This document shows, piece after piece, positions 5,764 through 16,900 of a DNA stretch of 32,000 nucleotides (positions within the stretch are counted from its first letter, which is position 1; each line of letters opens with the position of its first letter). The stretch is from Parasynechococcus marenigrum WH 8102 (GTDB lineage: Bacteria; Cyanobacteriota; Cyanobacteriia; PCC-6307; Cyanobiaceae). Where the stretch lies: positions 480,001 to 512,000 of the forward strand of contig NC_005070.1 in NCBI RefSeq assembly GCF_000195975.1, written 5' to 3'. Position numbers and translations under genes: made by a program. The notes under the pieces are model-generated. The model saw nothing but the letters and a program-made list of their open reading frames with translations. It did not search any database and had not been told where the DNA came from.

Positions 5764-8655
5764 TCAGATCGCGGCGTCGGTGGGTGGCGTCATGCCGGCA
5801 TTGCCGCGGTAGAGGGCTGCCGTGCGCTGAAGCGTGGCCTGACTGACGCCTGAACGGGTGTTCATGCCGTCCGTGCGAGGGACGCTGTCGCTCGCAGGCA
5901 GCTGCTCAACAAGCTCTTGAACGGCTTTGGGTTGGCCGGATTCCGCGCGCACAATCAGGAACCGACTGACTTCAGCAGGGGTCGCAGCGCGGCCCAGCAA
6001 AGCAATTGTGGCGGCGGTCGCCGCCCGCAACGGCGCCAGGTTGAACAGTCGTGTTTGGAAGGCATCGCTGAGGGCAACAGCTTCGATGAAACCCTTCAGG
6101 CTGATGTCCTCGTTGCGCAGTTTCGATTCGGCTGACAGCAGTCGTTCGCTGTCAAGCGGCACGCGGTTGAGCAGTTGTCTGTATGTCGCGTTGATGACGT
6201 TCAACAGCTCTGTTTCACTGCAGGGTCGCGTCAGCGAGAGAGATGCAGGAAGACTGGAACGCAGCTTGTATCCATTAGCCCCACCACTGGCCAGCGCGCC
6301 GGTCATTGGCGTGAGCGGGGGAAGCGCCTTGCGGCGTTCCGATTTGGATTGGAGGGATTCCCCAAGTCGGATCTGCATCAAGCTGGGGTTCAGGTCCGTT
6401 CCCTGAGCGAACCCTCTGGCCATTCCGCTCCAGCCCTCTGAGGTTGCCTTGGAATTGCCGAGCAGATTGCGCTGCGTCAGCTCACCACTGCCGCGGAATC
6501 CTTTGGTTTCAGCAGCTTCAGGTCGGTTGTTGAGAACAAAACTCGATTCGGCGTAACCAAAGCTGGTGACCTCACGCATGAACGTGGGCGTTCGACGCAC
6601 AGAAAGATCGCCAGGGGTGATGAACCGCTCGAAGGGAACGGTGTCCTCGCCGAAGCTTTCGTTGTATTCGCGGCTGTTGATCAGGGCATCCACCACGCCG
6701 TAGAAACCTTTGCGGGCTGCCGTGTCGAACAGGGCATCGATCTCCCAGCGACCAAAGGTGGGGCGGCCGAGCAAGCGGCGATGGATCACCTCGATCGCTT
6801 TGGTGATGTAAAGGCCGCTCCAATAGCGGCGGCGGAAAGCATCGGAACGGGCCACACAGCGCACAAACTCCCGCAGGGAGATGTCGCCGTTTTCCAGCCG
6901 GGCCTCGTCGGAGCCGCGGCGCTCACCGGCGTAGCCGGCATTGCCCAGCACCTGCACATACACGGCGTTGATCACCGCCTGGGTGCTGGATTCGGTGTTG
7001 CGCACGCTGGGCTGACCGCCACGCCGGGGGTTGACGTTGCCACCTGTGGCGATCTGCTGCAGACGCATCACCCTGGGCCCAACCTTGCGTGGACGGCTGC
7101 TGCGGAAGCTGGCGCTGTCCAGCTGTCCGGGGCTGTTGAGTCCGTTGCTCACCAGCAGTCGACGGCTGTCGTAGCCGTAGGGAGCGGGGCGGGTTGCCAC
7201 CGAGGCCGTGCCACTGGGGAAGATGGCGCCGTACTGGTTGGCCACTGGGTCGTTGCCACCGCCGTAGACGTGCTGATCAGCGAAGGGCTGGCGGTAGGAG
7301 GCGTAAAGGGTGACGTACTGAGGAGCCCCATCAAAGGGGGCGCTGAAGTTGAACAGCTTGCGGTTGGAGCCCCAGCCGGCGCTCTCCTGCGCTTCGGTGC
7401 CCAAGTCGCGCAGGAACGGAACCGTCTCTTCCCCGAAGGTCTGGGCGTATTCGGCGGAGTTCACCAACACATCCACCAGGCCGTTCAGACCCTGGTCGCT
7501 GAGGATGGCGAAGGACTTGCGGAACTCCTCCAGGGAGCTGATTCCTCGGCCGAGGAAATGGCGGTAAGCCAGCTCCACCACCCGGCTGTTGACGTAACCG
7601 TCGTGGAACTGCTGGCGGTATTCCTTGCTGCGGCCAAGGGCGCGGATGAATTCGCGCATCGAGATCTGGCCCTGCACCACCTGGCTGGCTTCCAAACTGC
7701 AAGGGGTCTGGGAGTAGCCCTTAGCGATGTCGCGTTCGAACACCTGGCGGTAGGCACCGCGGATGATTTCCGCCTTTTCAGATCCGGAGAGGCCAGGACG
7801 CATCTCGAGCAATTGGCGCCCTTCGGCGGCCAGGGCATAGATCGCCGGCAGCTGCAGGCCCTGTTGGACGCTGCTGCCCTGGCGCTGCTTGGTGCTGGGG
7901 GTGGGAATCGCCAACTCCTGCAACAGCACGTTGAAGCAGTCGATGGTCAGCTGGCGGGCTTCCGGCCGATCCCGCAGCAGCTGGGCTGATGCGGCGCGCA
8001 TTTCCTGCAGCGCCACGTTGGTGGCGGTGAGGGAGCAGTTCTCCAGAAGAATGTCGCGCAGGCCGCGGGTGTTCACCGCAAGGATGCTGGGGTCACCGGC
8101 CACCAGGGCGTAGCCCACGTAGCGCAGGAACCAGCCCATGTCCCGCACGGACTTGCGCATGAAGGCGGGGCCGTACTTGGCCACACTGATGGCATTGAAG
8201 CCAGTAGGCAGCACAACCCGAACATCGGCATCACCGCCGGCGCCTTCCAGCAGCCGGGTGAGGAAATTGCCGCGTTTGGTGTCACCACTGCTGCCGGTGA
8301 AGGTGCGCACCGATTGTTCGAAGGCCACCTGGTCCGCCGCCAGGGGGGTGCCCTCCTGACCGCTGGGACGGCCGGTCTCGCCGGTGGTCAGCGGTGCTTC
8401 CAGGAACGACAGCGGCGTACCGCCCACAAAGATGCGGTTGGCGGCACGGGCAACGATGGCTTCCGCATTGGCCGCGATGATCCGCGAGGCCTCGATGCGG
8501 TCCTGACCGCTGCGGAAGAAGTTGACCAGGTTCTCGAGCTCAACACGCTCGGGGAAGCGGTCCTGCTGCTCCGCCTGGCGAACGCTGGAGAGCGGCAGGG
8601 TGTCGAACAGTTGGGGAGAGACACGCGGGCTGCCGCTGCTGGCGGTCACTGTCAT
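5764..8655 (-). CDS. apcE: Phycobilisome core-membrane linker LCM (ApcE), three REP domains
   Basis: The start was chosen at the conserved [34 protein letters not shown] (CAT at 8653-8655), giving 963 aa. There is an N-terminal phycobiliprotein-like domain and three linker repeats: [35 protein letters not shown] and [18 protein letters not shown]. The 46-codon upstream extension in the ORF track is rejected. Confidence 0.95.
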   Translation of the reverse strand: MTVTASSGSPRVSPQLFDTLPLSSVRQAEQQDRFPERVELENLVNFFRSGQDRIEASRIIAANAEAIVARAANRIFVGGTPLSFLEAPLTTGETGRPSGQEGTPLAADQVAFEQSVRTFTGSSGDTKRGNFLTRLLEGAGGDADVRVVLPTGFNAISVAKYGPAFMRKSVRDMGWFLRYVGYALVAGDPSILAVNTRGLRDILLENCSLTATNVALQEMRAASAQLLRDRPEARQLTIDCFNVLLQELAIPTPSTKQRQGSSVQQGLQLPAIYALAAEGRQLLEMRPGLSGSEKAEIIRGAYRQVFERDIAKGYSQTPCSLEASQVVQGQISMREFIRALGRSKEYRQQFHDGYVNSRVVELAYRHFLGRGISSLEEFRKSFAILSDQGLNGLVDVLVNSAEYAQTFGEETVPFLRDLGTEAQESAGWGSNRKLFNFSAPFDGAPQYVTLYASYRQPFADQHVYGGGNDPVANQYGAIFPSGTASVATRPAPYGYDSRRLLVSNGLNSPGQLDSASFRSSRPRKVGPRVMRLQQIATGGNVNPRRGGQPSVRNTESSTQAVINAVYVQVLGNAGYAGERRGSDEARLENGDISLREFVRCVARSDAFRRRYWSGLYITKAIEVIHRRLLGRPTFGRWEIDALFDTAARKGFYGVVDALINSREYNESFGEDTVPFERFITPGDLSVRRTPTFMREVTSFGYAESSFVLNNRPEAAETKGFRGSGELTQRNLLGNSKATSEGWSGMARGFAQGTDLNPSLMQIRLGESLQSKSERRKALPPLTPMTGALASGGANGYKLRSSLPASLSLTRPCSETELLNVINATYRQLLNRVPLDSERLLSAESKLRNEDISLKGFIEAVALSDAFQTRLFNLAPLRAATAATIALLGRAATPAEVSRFLIVRAESGQPKAVQELVEQLPASDSVPRTDGMNTRSGVSQATLQRTAALYRGNAGMTPPTDAAI

Positions 8656-8761
8656 CGACGGATGCAAGCCGGATCGCGTCACGTTACGGCTGTCGGGATG
8701 AAGCCCAGCCGACCTATGAACAAAAGTTGTGAAAAGCTCGGGATCACCCGATTTCTCCTCC

Positions 8762-9931
8762 ATGGCTGAGCCAGGGAACAGGGACGCCGCCACTCCGGTG
8801 GTCAGCGCCTTCTACGACCGTTTCCCGTTTCCTGGTGATCCGCTGCAGGACGGCCCACCACCCGGGTACAACTGGCGCTGGTGCCATCAGAGCGTCCTGG
8901 CTGCCGTGCATGGGGCGGTGCCAGCAGGGACGGTGAGGCCACGGATCCTGGATGCCGGCTGCGGCACCGGTGTCAGCACCGACTACCTCTGCCATCTCAA
9001 TCCAGGTGCCGAGGTTCTGGGGATCGACATCAGCGAGGGGGCACTGGCGGTGGCCCGGGAGCGATTGCAGCGTTCCGGTGCAGCGGCCCAGGTGAGCCAG
9101 CTGCGCCAGGAGCAGCGCAGCCTGCTGGACCTGGAGAGCGAAGGACCGTTCGACTACATCAACTCCGTCGGGGTGCTGCACCATCTGGATCAACCGGAGT
9201 CGGGTCTGCGCTCGTTGGCTGGGCGCTTGGCCCCCGATGGTTTGCTCCATCTCTTCTTGTATGCGGACGCCGGCCGCTGGGAGATCCACCGCACCCAGCA
9301 GGCCCTAACCCTGCTTGATGTCGGCACGGGACGCGAGGGCCTGCGCCTTGGCCGGGAGTTGTTGGCGTCGCTGCCGGAGGGCAACCGACTGGCGCGTCAC
9401 CATTGCGAGCGCTGGGCCGTGGACTGCGCCGCCGATGCCAACTTCGCCGACATGTATTTGCATCCGCAGGAGACCAGCTACGACCTGCAGCGCCTGTTTG
9501 CCTTCATCGAAGCGGCCGATCTCCATTTCGCCGGCTTCTCCAATGCGGAGGTCTGGGATCCGGCCAGGCTGCTGAACGGAGAACTGCTGGAGCGGGCCCA
9601 GGCGCTGCCGCAACGTCAGCAATGGCTGCTGGTGGAACAGCTGGATCCAAACATCAGCCACTTTGAGTTCTTCCTGTCGTCACAACCGGTTCAGCCAGCG
9701 AGCTGGAGTGACGCTGCTCTGCAGGCTGCCAAGGGACTGCGGCAGCCCTGCCTCTGGGGGGAACCGGATCCAATCCTGGACCGCAACATGCAACCGCTGC
9801 AGCTCAGCGATGCAGAGCGCCAACTGTTGCGCCGCGTTGACGAGCAGCCGAACACACCGCTGGGTGCCATGGCGGAGCCAGCCGTGATCCGTGATCTCGC
9901 GGCTCGCCAGCTATTGCTGCTGAAGGCGTAA
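8762..9931 (+). CDS. Class I SAM-dependent methyltransferase; candidate phycobiliprotein Asn methyltransferase (CpcM-like)
   Basis: It carries SAM motif I, ILDAGCGTGVSTDYL, and motif post-I, EVLGIDIS. The product is 389 aa from ATG 8762, with an alternative GTG at 8729. It is divergent from apcE. The CpcM call is an inference from size class and neighbourhood only. Confidence 0.8.
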   Translation: MAEPGNRDAATPVVSAFYDRFPFPGDPLQDGPPPGYNWRWCHQSVLAAVHGAVPAGTVRPRILDAGCGTGVSTDYLCHLNPGAEVLGIDISEGALAVARERLQRSGAAAQVSQLRQEQRSLLDLESEGPFDYINSVGVLHHLDQPESGLRSLAGRLAPDGLLHLFLYADAGRWEIHRTQQALTLLDVGTGREGLRLGRELLASLPEGNRLARHHCERWAVDCAADANFADMYLHPQETSYDLQRLFAFIEAADLHFAGFSNAEVWDPARLLNGELLERAQALPQRQQWLLVEQLDPNISHFEFFLSSQPVQPASWSDAALQAAKGLRQPCLWGEPDPILDRNMQPLQLSDAERQLLRRVDEQPNTPLGAMAEPAVIRDLAARQLLLLKA

Positions 9932-9944
9932 GCAACGAAGACGC

Positions 9945-10316
9945 GTGATAGATTCCGCGCGCTATTTCAGGCAGCGCTTGGAGGATTTCTACCGTCTTCA
10001 GCGCCGTCTGCTGCTGGCCACCGTCATGGTGTCCTTGGTCACGATTTCAATCGTGGCCCTCACCATGAACCTTTCGGTGGCCGGCAGTGTGTTTGTGGGT
10101 TCTTGCGCCGGACTTCTGTACGTGCGTCTGCTTGCCCGCAGCGTGGCCCGGCTCAGTGACCAGTCCCGTGGACTGGGGCGTTTTCAGCTCATCGTTCCGA
10201 CCTTGCTTGTGGTTGGTTCGGCCAAGCTGCCCCAGCTCGATCTGCTGCCGGCTTTCCTGGGATTCCTTCTCTACAAGCCCGCCCTGATTCTTCAGCACGT
10301 TTTCGACGACCGCTGA
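9945..10316 (+). CDS. atp1: ATP synthase protein I (atp1)
   Basis: This is a 123-aa hydrophobic protein with a GTG start, sitting immediately upstream of subunit a. That is the canonical first position of the cyanobacterial atp1 operon. Confidence 0.7.
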   Translation: MIDSARYFRQRLEDFYRLQRRLLLATVMVSLVTISIVALTMNLSVAGSVFVGSCAGLLYVRLLARSVARLSDQSRGLGRFQLIVPTLLVVGSAKLPQLDLLPAFLGFLLYKPALILQHVFDDR

Positions 10317-10340
10317 AGCTGAGCACTCCTCTCTGCACCC

Positions 10341-11066
10341 ATGGCTTTGCTGCCCTTTCCACTCCCGTTCGCTGAACTGGAAGTGGGCCACCACCTGTAC
10401 TGGCAGATCGGCGATCTGTACCTGCATGGCCAGGTATTTCTGAGCTCCTGGATCCTGATCGGCATCCTGCTGGTTCTTGTTCTGGCTGGCACCCGCAACA
10501 TGCAGCGCGACCCCCTGGGTCTGCAGAACCTGCTGGAGTTCCTCTGGAACTTCATTCGCGACATCGCCCGCGACAACATCGGCGAGAAGTACTACCGCGA
10601 CTGGCTGCCGTTCATCGGCACCCTGTTCCTGTTCATCTTCATCAGCAACTGGGGTGGCGCGCTGATCCCCTGGAAGATCATCGAACTTCCCGAGGGTGAG
10701 CTGGGCGCTCCCACCGCAGACATCAACACAACGGTGGCCATGGCCCTGCTGGTGTCCCTGGCGTATTTCTATGCCGGTCTGAGCCGCAAGGGTCTGCGCT
10801 TCTTCGAGCTGTACGTGGAGCCGACACCGATCATGCTCCCGTTCAAGATCATCGAGGAATTCACCAAGCCCCTGTCGCTCTCCTTCCGTCTGTTCGGAAA
10901 CATCCTTGCGGACGAACTGGCTGTAGGCGTTCTGGTGTATCTCGTGCCCCTGCTGGTGCCCCTGCCGGTGATGTTGCTTGGCCTGTTCACCAGTGCCATT
11001 CAGGCCTTGATCTTCGCGACTCTCACCGCCTTCTACATCGGTGAAGGTCTGCACGAGGCCCACTAA
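10341..11066 (+). CDS. atpB: F0F1 ATP synthase subunit a (cyanobacterial atpI)
   Basis: The 241-aa product contains the conserved [18 protein letters not shown] region with the essential Arg. Confidence 0.95.
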
Positions 11067-11068
11067 GT

Positions 11069-11485
<417 letters not shown>

Positions 11486-11492
11486 TCAGCGC

Positions 11493-11512
11493 GGGGGAGC
11501 TTTGGCTCCCCC
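11493..11512 (+). terminator. Strong stem-loop just after the c-subunit gene (probable partial terminator / mRNA stabiliser)
   Basis: A perfect 8-bp GC-rich stem, GGGGGAGC-tttg-GCTCCCCC, begins 8 nt after the atpE stop. It is followed by a weakly U-rich tract, so read-through into b' is expected. Confidence 0.5.
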
Positions 11513-11553
11513 TCTGAACCCCTTGTTTCGATCCCTTTCCAGCGCACCCTTCC

Positions 11554-12018
11554 ATGACCTGGCTTCTGCTCGCTGAAGCAGGTGTTCCGGAGGGAGGTCT
11601 CTTTGACCTCGATGCCACCCTTCCGCTGATGGCGGTTCAGGTGGTTCTCCTCACCTTCCTGCTCAATGTCCTCTTCTTCCGTCCGGTCGGCAAGGTCGTG
11701 GAAGACCGTGAGGGCTACATCTCCACCAGCCGCGCCGATGCCAAGCAGAAGCTTGCCCAGGTGGAGCAGCTCGAGGCCGATCTGGCTGAACAGCTGAAAG
11801 GGGCACGTCAGGCGGCTCAATCCGTGATTGTCGAGGCCGAACAAGAGGTTGACCGTCTGTATCGCGAAGCGCTGGCAGCGGCGGAAGCCGAAGCCAACCG
11901 CAGCAAAGACGAAAGCCGTCGCGCCATCGAAGCCGAGCGTGAATCTGCCCGCACCCAGTTGCAGGGCCAGGTGGATCAGCTCAGCACCACCATCATCAAC
12001 CGACTTCTGGCTGCGTGA
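11554..12018 (+). CDS. atpF2: F0F1 ATP synthase subunit b' (cyanobacterial atpG)
   Basis: The 154-aa product has a single N-terminal TM helix and a long charged, Ala-rich coiled coil. It sits between the c and b genes. Confidence 0.9.
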   Translation: MTWLLLAEAGVPEGGLFDLDATLPLMAVQVVLLTFLLNVLFFRPVGKVVEDREGYISTSRADAKQKLAQVEQLEADLAEQLKGARQAAQSVIVEAEQEVDRLYREALAAAEAEANRSKDESRRAIEAERESARTQLQGQVDQLSTTIINRLLAA

Positions 12019-12500
12019 TGACTCTGAATTTCAACCCTCTAGAGACCAACCTGGTCAACCTGGCCATCGTCATTGGTGTCCTGGTCTGGTTCCTGCGTGG
12101 TTTTCTCGGCGGCATCCTCGACCGTCGTCGCCAGGCCATTCTTCAAGAACTTCAGGATGCTGAAACGCGCCTGAAGACCGCCACTGAAGAGCTCAGCAAG
12201 GCCCAGTCTGATCTGGCTGCTGCTCAGCAGAAAGCCGACAAGATCCGTGTGGACGGTGAAGCCCGTGCGGCTGCCATCCGCAGTGATGGTGAACAGCGCA
12301 CCATCGCCGCCATGGCTGCGGTGAAGCAAGGTGCAGCTGCCGATGCCGATGCCGAGGCAGCTCGCATCAAGGACATCCTGCGTCGTGAGGCTGCTCTGGC
12401 GGCCATCGACAAGGTGCTGAGTGACCTGCCATCCCGTCTCGATGATCAGGCTCAGGCCCGGTTGATCGACTCCACCATCACCAACCTGGAGAACGCCTGA
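12018..12500 (+). CDS. atpF: F0F1 ATP synthase subunit b
   Basis: The product begins [31 protein letters not shown]. The ATG at 12018 overlaps the b' stop (TGATG); a GTG at 12015 is an alternative start. Confidence 0.9.
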   Translation: MTLNFNPLETNLVNLAIVIGVLVWFLRGFLGGILDRRRQAILQELQDAETRLKTATEELSKAQSDLAAAQQKADKIRVDGEARAAAIRSDGEQRTIAAMAAVKQGAAADADAEAARIKDILRREAALAAIDKVLSDLPSRLDDQAQARLIDSTITNLENA

Positions 12501-13048
12501 TGCCTCTCCTGAATTCCCTCGCCACCCCCTACGCCGAAGCCTTGCTTCAGGTCACTGAAGCCCGTGGCGAATCCCAGACGGTCGCTGACCAGTGCAAGCA
12601 ACTGCTTGAGATCTGGGACAGTTCCGCTGATTTCCGCAATGCAATGGTGTCGCCGGTGCTCGAGCCCGATGCCAAGAAAATGGCACTGCAGGCGCTCGTC
12701 GGCGAGCAAGTCACGCCGTCCATGCTGAACTTGCTCAAGGTTCTGGCTGATCGCCAGCGGCTGCTGGCCTTCGACGCCGTGATGCTGCGCTACCTCGAGC
12801 TCTACCGAGAGCAGCAGGGCATCACTCTTGCTGAAGTCCGCTCAGCGCAGACCCTCACCGAGGATCAGCAGGCGGCCCTCTCCAAAAAGGTGCAGGCGAT
12901 GGCCGGCACCAACATGGTCGACATCGACCTCAGTGTTGATCCCTCACTCATCGGCGGCTTCGTCGTGAGTCTTGGATCCCAGGTGATCGACGCCAGCCTG
13001 GCTGGCCAGGTTCGTCGCCTCGGTCTGGCGCTCGCCAAAGCGAGCTGA
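12500..13048 (+). CDS. atpH: F0F1 ATP synthase subunit delta (cyanobacterial atpD)
   Basis: The 182-aa OSCP-like protein overlaps the atpF stop (TGATG). Its C-terminal region IGGFVVSLGSQVIDASLAGQVRRL is typical of this subunit. Confidence 0.9.
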   Translation: MPLLNSLATPYAEALLQVTEARGESQTVADQCKQLLEIWDSSADFRNAMVSPVLEPDAKKMALQALVGEQVTPSMLNLLKVLADRQRLLAFDAVMLRYLELYREQQGITLAEVRSAQTLTEDQQAALSKKVQAMAGTNMVDIDLSVDPSLIGGFVVSLGSQVIDASLAGQVRRLGLALAKAS

Positions 13049-13105
13049 CCCCACTCCTTCCTTCACCGCCCCTTCCTCCCCAACTCCCCGCTGGGATCAC
13101 ACGCC

Positions 13106-14626
13106 ATGGTTTCCATCCGTCCCGACGAGATCAGCGCCATCCTCAAACAACAGATTGAGGACTACGACAAGTCGGTTTCCGTCAGCAACGTCGGCTCCGT
13201 CCTGACGGTGGGCGACGGCATCGCCCGCGTCTACGGCCTGCAGCAGGCCATGGCCGGTGAGCTCCTCGAGTTCGAGGACGGCACCGAAGGCATCGCTCTG
13301 AATCTGGAAGACGACAACGTCGGCGCGGTGCTGATGGGCGAGGGCCTGGGCATTCAGGAAGGCAGCACGGTGAAGGCCACCGGCAAGATCGCCTCCGTGC
13401 CCGTTGGCGAGGCCATGCTCGGTCGCGTCGTCAACTCCCTGGGCCGCGCCATCGACGGCAAGGGTGAAATCGCCACCAGCGAGACGCGCCTGATCGAATC
13501 CATGGCGCCTGGCATCATCCAGCGCAAGTCGGTGCACGAGCCGATGCAGACCGGCATCACCGCCATCGACGCGATGATCCCCGTCGGCCGTGGCCAGCGC
13601 GAGCTGATCATCGGTGACCGCCAGACCGGTAAGACCGCCATCGCGATCGACACGATCCTGAACCAGAAGGATCAGGACATGATCTGCGTTTACGTGGCCG
13701 TCGGTCAGAAGGCTGCTTCTGTGGCCAACGTTGTGGAGGTGTTGCGTGAGCGCGGTGCCCTCGATTACTCCGTGATCGTGGCCGCCAACGCTTCTGAGCC
13801 CGCAGCTTTGCAGTACCTGGCTCCCTACACCGGCGCCTCCATCGCCGAGTACTTCATGTACAAAGGCAAGGCAACTCTGGTGATCTACGACGACCTGTCC
13901 AAGCAGGCTGCCGCTTACCGCCAGATGTCACTGCTGCTCCGTCGTCCGCCCGGTCGTGAGGCCTATCCCGGCGACGTTTTCTACTGCCACAGCCGTCTGC
14001 TGGAGCGTGCAGCCAAGCTCTCTGATGCCATGGGCAAAGGGTCCATGACGGCTCTACCGATCATCGAAACCCAGGCCGGTGACGTGTCGGCTTACATCCC
14101 CACCAACGTGATCTCGATCACGGACGGTCAGATCTTCCTCAGCTCCGACCTGTTCAACTCCGGCCTGCGTCCCGCCATCAACGTGGGTATCTCCGTGAGC
14201 CGGGTGGGTGGTGCCGCCCAGACCAAAGCCATCAAGAAGATTGCCGGCACCCTGAAGCTGGAACTGGCTCAGTTCGCTGAGCTGGCCGCCTTCTCCCAGT
14301 TCGCATCCGACCTCGATGCGTCCACCCAGCAGCAGCTGGAGCGCGGCAAGCGCCTACGGGAACTGCTGAAGCAGCCCCAGTTCAGCCCGCTGATCCTGGC
14401 TGAGCAGGTCGCCATCGTTTATGCCGGCGTCAAGGGCCTCATCGATGCGGTCCCCGTCGACAAGGTGGTCGACTTCTCCCGCGAATTGCGTGAGTACCTC
14501 AAGTCCAACAAGCCTGAGTTCATCACCGAAATCCAGGAGAAGAAGTTGATGAGCCCTGAAGCTGAGGCGATCCTCAAGGACGCCATCAGCGAAGTCGTGT
14601 CCACCCTCGTCGCTTCGGCGGCCTGA
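13106..14626 (+). CDS. atpA: F0F1 ATP synthase subunit alpha
   Basis: The 506-aa product has the Walker A motif [14 protein letters not shown] and is highly conserved throughout. Confidence 0.98.
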   Translation: MVSIRPDEISAILKQQIEDYDKSVSVSNVGSVLTVGDGIARVYGLQQAMAGELLEFEDGTEGIALNLEDDNVGAVLMGEGLGIQEGSTVKATGKIASVPVGEAMLGRVVNSLGRAIDGKGEIATSETRLIESMAPGIIQRKSVHEPMQTGITAIDAMIPVGRGQRELIIGDRQTGKTAIAIDTILNQKDQDMICVYVAVGQKAASVANVVEVLRERGALDYSVIVAANASEPAALQYLAPYTGASIAEYFMYKGKATLVIYDDLSKQAAAYRQMSLLLRRPPGREAYPGDVFYCHSRLLERAAKLSDAMGKGSMTALPIIETQAGDVSAYIPTNVISITDGQIFLSSDLFNSGLRPAINVGISVSRVGGAAQTKAIKKIAGTLKLELAQFAELAAFSQFASDLDASTQQQLERGKRLRELLKQPQFSPLILAEQVAIVYAGVKGLIDAVPVDKVVDFSRELREYLKSNKPEFITEIQEKKLMSPEAEAILKDAISEVVSTLVASAA

Positions 14627-14639
14627 GGGAGGAGCCGAC

Positions 14640-15590
14640 ATGGCGAATCTCAAGGAAATCCGCGACCGGATTAAATCGGTCAAAAACACCCGCAAGATCA
14701 CCGAGGCCATGCGCCTCGTGGCTGCGGCCAAGGTGCGTCGCGCTCAGGAGCAAGTGCTCCGCAGCCGTCCTTTCGCGGACCGGCTGGCGCGGATCCTGGA
14801 AAACCTCCAGTCCCGCATGCGCTTCGAGGATGCGTCGTCTCCTTTGATGGAGCAACGCGACGTGGAGACCATCACCCTGGTGTCCGTCACCGGTGACCGT
14901 GGTCTTTGCGGCGGCTACAACGCCAACATCATCAAGCGCACTGAACAGCGCTTCGCTGAGCTGACGGGCAAAGGCTTCAAGGTGAAGCTGGTGCTGATCG
15001 GCAACAAGGCCATCGGTTATTTCACCAAGCGTGATTACCCGGTGCAGGCCACCTTCTCCGGTCTGGAGCAGGTGCCTACAGCGGATGAAGCCAACACCAT
15101 CTCCACCGATGTGCTGGCCGAATTCATCGGTGCTGGCACCGACCGCGTCGAGCTGATCTTCACCAAGTTCATCAACCTGGTGAGCTGCAAACCGGTGGTG
15201 CAGACCCTGCTGCCCTTGGATCCTCAGGACATTGCTGATCCTGAGGATGAGATCTTCCGTCTCACCACCAAGGACGGCCGTCTGACGGTGGAACCCGGAG
15301 CTGGCCCTGCCAACACCGAACCGAAGATCCCTTCGGACATCGTGTTCGAGCAGACCCCTGAGCAGCTGCTCAACGCCCTGCTGCCCCTTTATCTGCAGAA
15401 CCAGCTGCTGCGTTCGTTGCAGGAGTCCGCGGCCTCTGAACTGGCCAGCCGGATGACCGCCATGAACAACGCCAGCGACAACGCCAAGGAGCTGGCCAAG
15501 ACCCTGACCCTTGACTACAACAAGGCCCGCCAGGCCGCCATCACCCAGGAAATCCTGGAAGTGGCCGGTGGTGCTGCCGCTGTGGGTTGA
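14640..15590 (+). CDS. atpG: F0F1 ATP synthase subunit gamma (cyanobacterial atpC)
   Basis: The 316-aa product begins [31 protein letters not shown] and has the C-terminal [11 protein letters not shown]. It is preceded by a classical SD (GAGGGAGGAG at 14626-14635). Confidence 0.97.
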   Translation: MANLKEIRDRIKSVKNTRKITEAMRLVAAAKVRRAQEQVLRSRPFADRLARILENLQSRMRFEDASSPLMEQRDVETITLVSVTGDRGLCGGYNANIIKRTEQRFAELTGKGFKVKLVLIGNKAIGYFTKRDYPVQATFSGLEQVPTADEANTISTDVLAEFIGAGTDRVELIFTKFINLVSCKPVVQTLLPLDPQDIADPEDEIFRLTTKDGRLTVEPGAGPANTEPKIPSDIVFEQTPEQLLNALLPLYLQNQLLRSLQESAASELASRMTAMNNASDNAKELAKTLTLDYNKARQAAITQEILEVAGGAAAVG

Positions 15591-15611
15591 TCGTCAGGTC
15601 AAACCTGATCG

Positions 15612-15638
15612 AGCCGGTCCCCGGGGGCCGGCTTTTTT
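15612..15638 (+). terminator. Rho-independent terminator of the atp1 operon
   Basis: The GC-rich hairpin AGCCGGTCCCC/GGGGGCCGGCT is followed by a T6 run. Confidence 0.8.
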
Positions 15639-15647
15639 AATGGAGTG

Positions 15648-16355
15648 ATGGCTCTCCAGATTCATGCGCTGTTCCCTACCGCCGTGGCCACGGCTCAGCT
15701 GAGGCTGGATCCGCTGGAACTGGCGGCTCAACTGCAGACCCTGCTGATGCTCAGGGGGGCTGATGAGGGAAACCCCAATTCCGGCTGCGCCTGGACCGGC
15801 GACCTCAATGGTGTCTGGCAGTTGCATCGGCATCCCGACTTCAGCGGTCTGACCGATCGGGTGGTGGAGCAGGCCTGGGCTTACCTGTCGGCCGTTGGCT
15901 TCGATCAGGCCAAGCTGGCTCTGCACGTGCAGCGCTGCTGGCCTGTGCTCAGCGACTGGGATCAGGTGGTGGGCCGTCACCACCACCCCAATGCCCATCT
16001 CAGTGCTGTGCTCTACCTGAGTGGATCCGGCAGCGGCGAGGACGGGGTGCTGCGCATCCATGCCCCATCCCAACCGAATGAGCTGGTGCCTGGATCGGCG
16101 GCCGGCCACGGCGGTCCGATCGCGGCTGGCCATCCCCTCAATCAGCCCCATTGGGATCTGGCGCCGCAGCCAGGACTGCTGGTGCTGTTCCCCTCCCGCC
16201 TCGACCACAGCGTGCTGGCCAATGGCGATCCGGAGTTGCTGCGCTGCTCCATCAGCTTTGACTTTGTCCTGACCGCTCCAGTTGATGGCGATCCGCCGGA
16301 ATACCTGGCGCCTCATCCCTCGCTCTGGACCCCTCAACCGTTGGAGGTCAACTGA
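15648..16355 (+). CDS. Putative 2OG-Fe(II) oxygenase superfamily protein (TIGR02466 / 2OG-FeII_Oxy_5-like)
   Basis: The motifs HHHPNAHLSAVLYL and GLLVLFPSRLDHSV match the family signature as I recall it. The ATG is at 15648, with a GTG at 15645 as an alternative. Confidence 0.7.
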   Translation: MALQIHALFPTAVATAQLRLDPLELAAQLQTLLMLRGADEGNPNSGCAWTGDLNGVWQLHRHPDFSGLTDRVVEQAWAYLSAVGFDQAKLALHVQRCWPVLSDWDQVVGRHHHPNAHLSAVLYLSGSGSGEDGVLRIHAPSQPNELVPGSAAGHGGPIAAGHPLNQPHWDLAPQPGLLVLFPSRLDHSVLANGDPELLRCSISFDFVLTAPVDGDPPEYLAPHPSLWTPQPLEVN

Positions 16356-16388
16356 GAGAATGCCAGCCTAACCGAGCTGAGTCCCGGA

Positions 16389-16718
16389 ATGTCCGAGGTG
16401 GCTACCTACACCGTCCGCGCCGAGTTCGAGGGCACCACCCATAGCTTCAGCTGCCGTGCCGATCAGACGGTGCTTAACGCTGCTGAGGCTGCCGGCGTCA
16501 CCCTGCCCAGCTCCTGTTGTTCCGGCGTCTGCACCACCTGCGCTGCGGTGATCAGTGACGGACAGGTGGAGCAACCCGATGCCATGGGCGTGAAGGGAGA
16601 GTTGCAGCAGCAGGGTTATGCCCTGCTGTGTGTGGCCTTCCCCCGGGCTGATCTCACCCTCAAGGCCGGCCAGGAGGATGCCCTCTACGAAGCCCAGTTC
16701 GGCCAATATCAGAAGTGA
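16389..16718 (+). CDS. Plant-type [2Fe-2S] ferredoxin (atypical, extended C-terminus)
   Basis: The 109-aa product has the cluster ligands in SCCSGVCTTCAAV...ALLCVAFP. Confidence 0.9.
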   Translation: MSEVATYTVRAEFEGTTHSFSCRADQTVLNAAEAAGVTLPSSCCSGVCTTCAAVISDGQVEQPDAMGVKGELQQQGYALLCVAFPRADLTLKAGQEDALYEAQFGQYQK

Positions 16719-16900
16719 AGCTGCGGCGCCTGGAACGGCAGTTGCCCTGGCCGCAGACCGTTCCCCCCCAGCAGTTGCGTCGGTGGCTGGTCCAGCAGCT
16801 GGAGCATGAGGCGCCCCTCTTGCGCTGGGCGATCACGGCCGTCTCTGTGGATCCGAGCGGTGACCGGCGCTTGCAGGTGGAAGCTGTCGTTGAAGGATGA
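16715..16900 (+). CDS. Small hypothetical protein (61 aa)
   Basis: Its GTG start overlaps the ferredoxin stop (GTGA), and its stop overlaps the next ATG (ATGA). GC3 is high (about 80 percent by hand count). I recognise no family. Confidence 0.5.
   Translation: MKLRRLERQLPWPQTVPPQQLRRWLVQQLEHEAPLLRWAITAVSVDPSGDRRLQVEAVVEG

Noticed and set aside
6781-7989. 402-aa ORF on the plus strand antisense to apcE. Similar long antisense ORFs occur at 28739..30676 (645 aa, opposite atpD), 21867..23066 (opposite the GTPase), 10047..11063 (opposite atpB), 16660..17826 (opposite the DUF3326-like gene) and 31261..31962 (opposite groEL).
   Set aside because: Their products are low-complexity, G/A/R/H/Q/L-rich and have no recognisable motifs. 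Each lies fully opposite a strongly conserved gene. Stop-poor antisense frames are expected in GC-rich DNA with high GC3.
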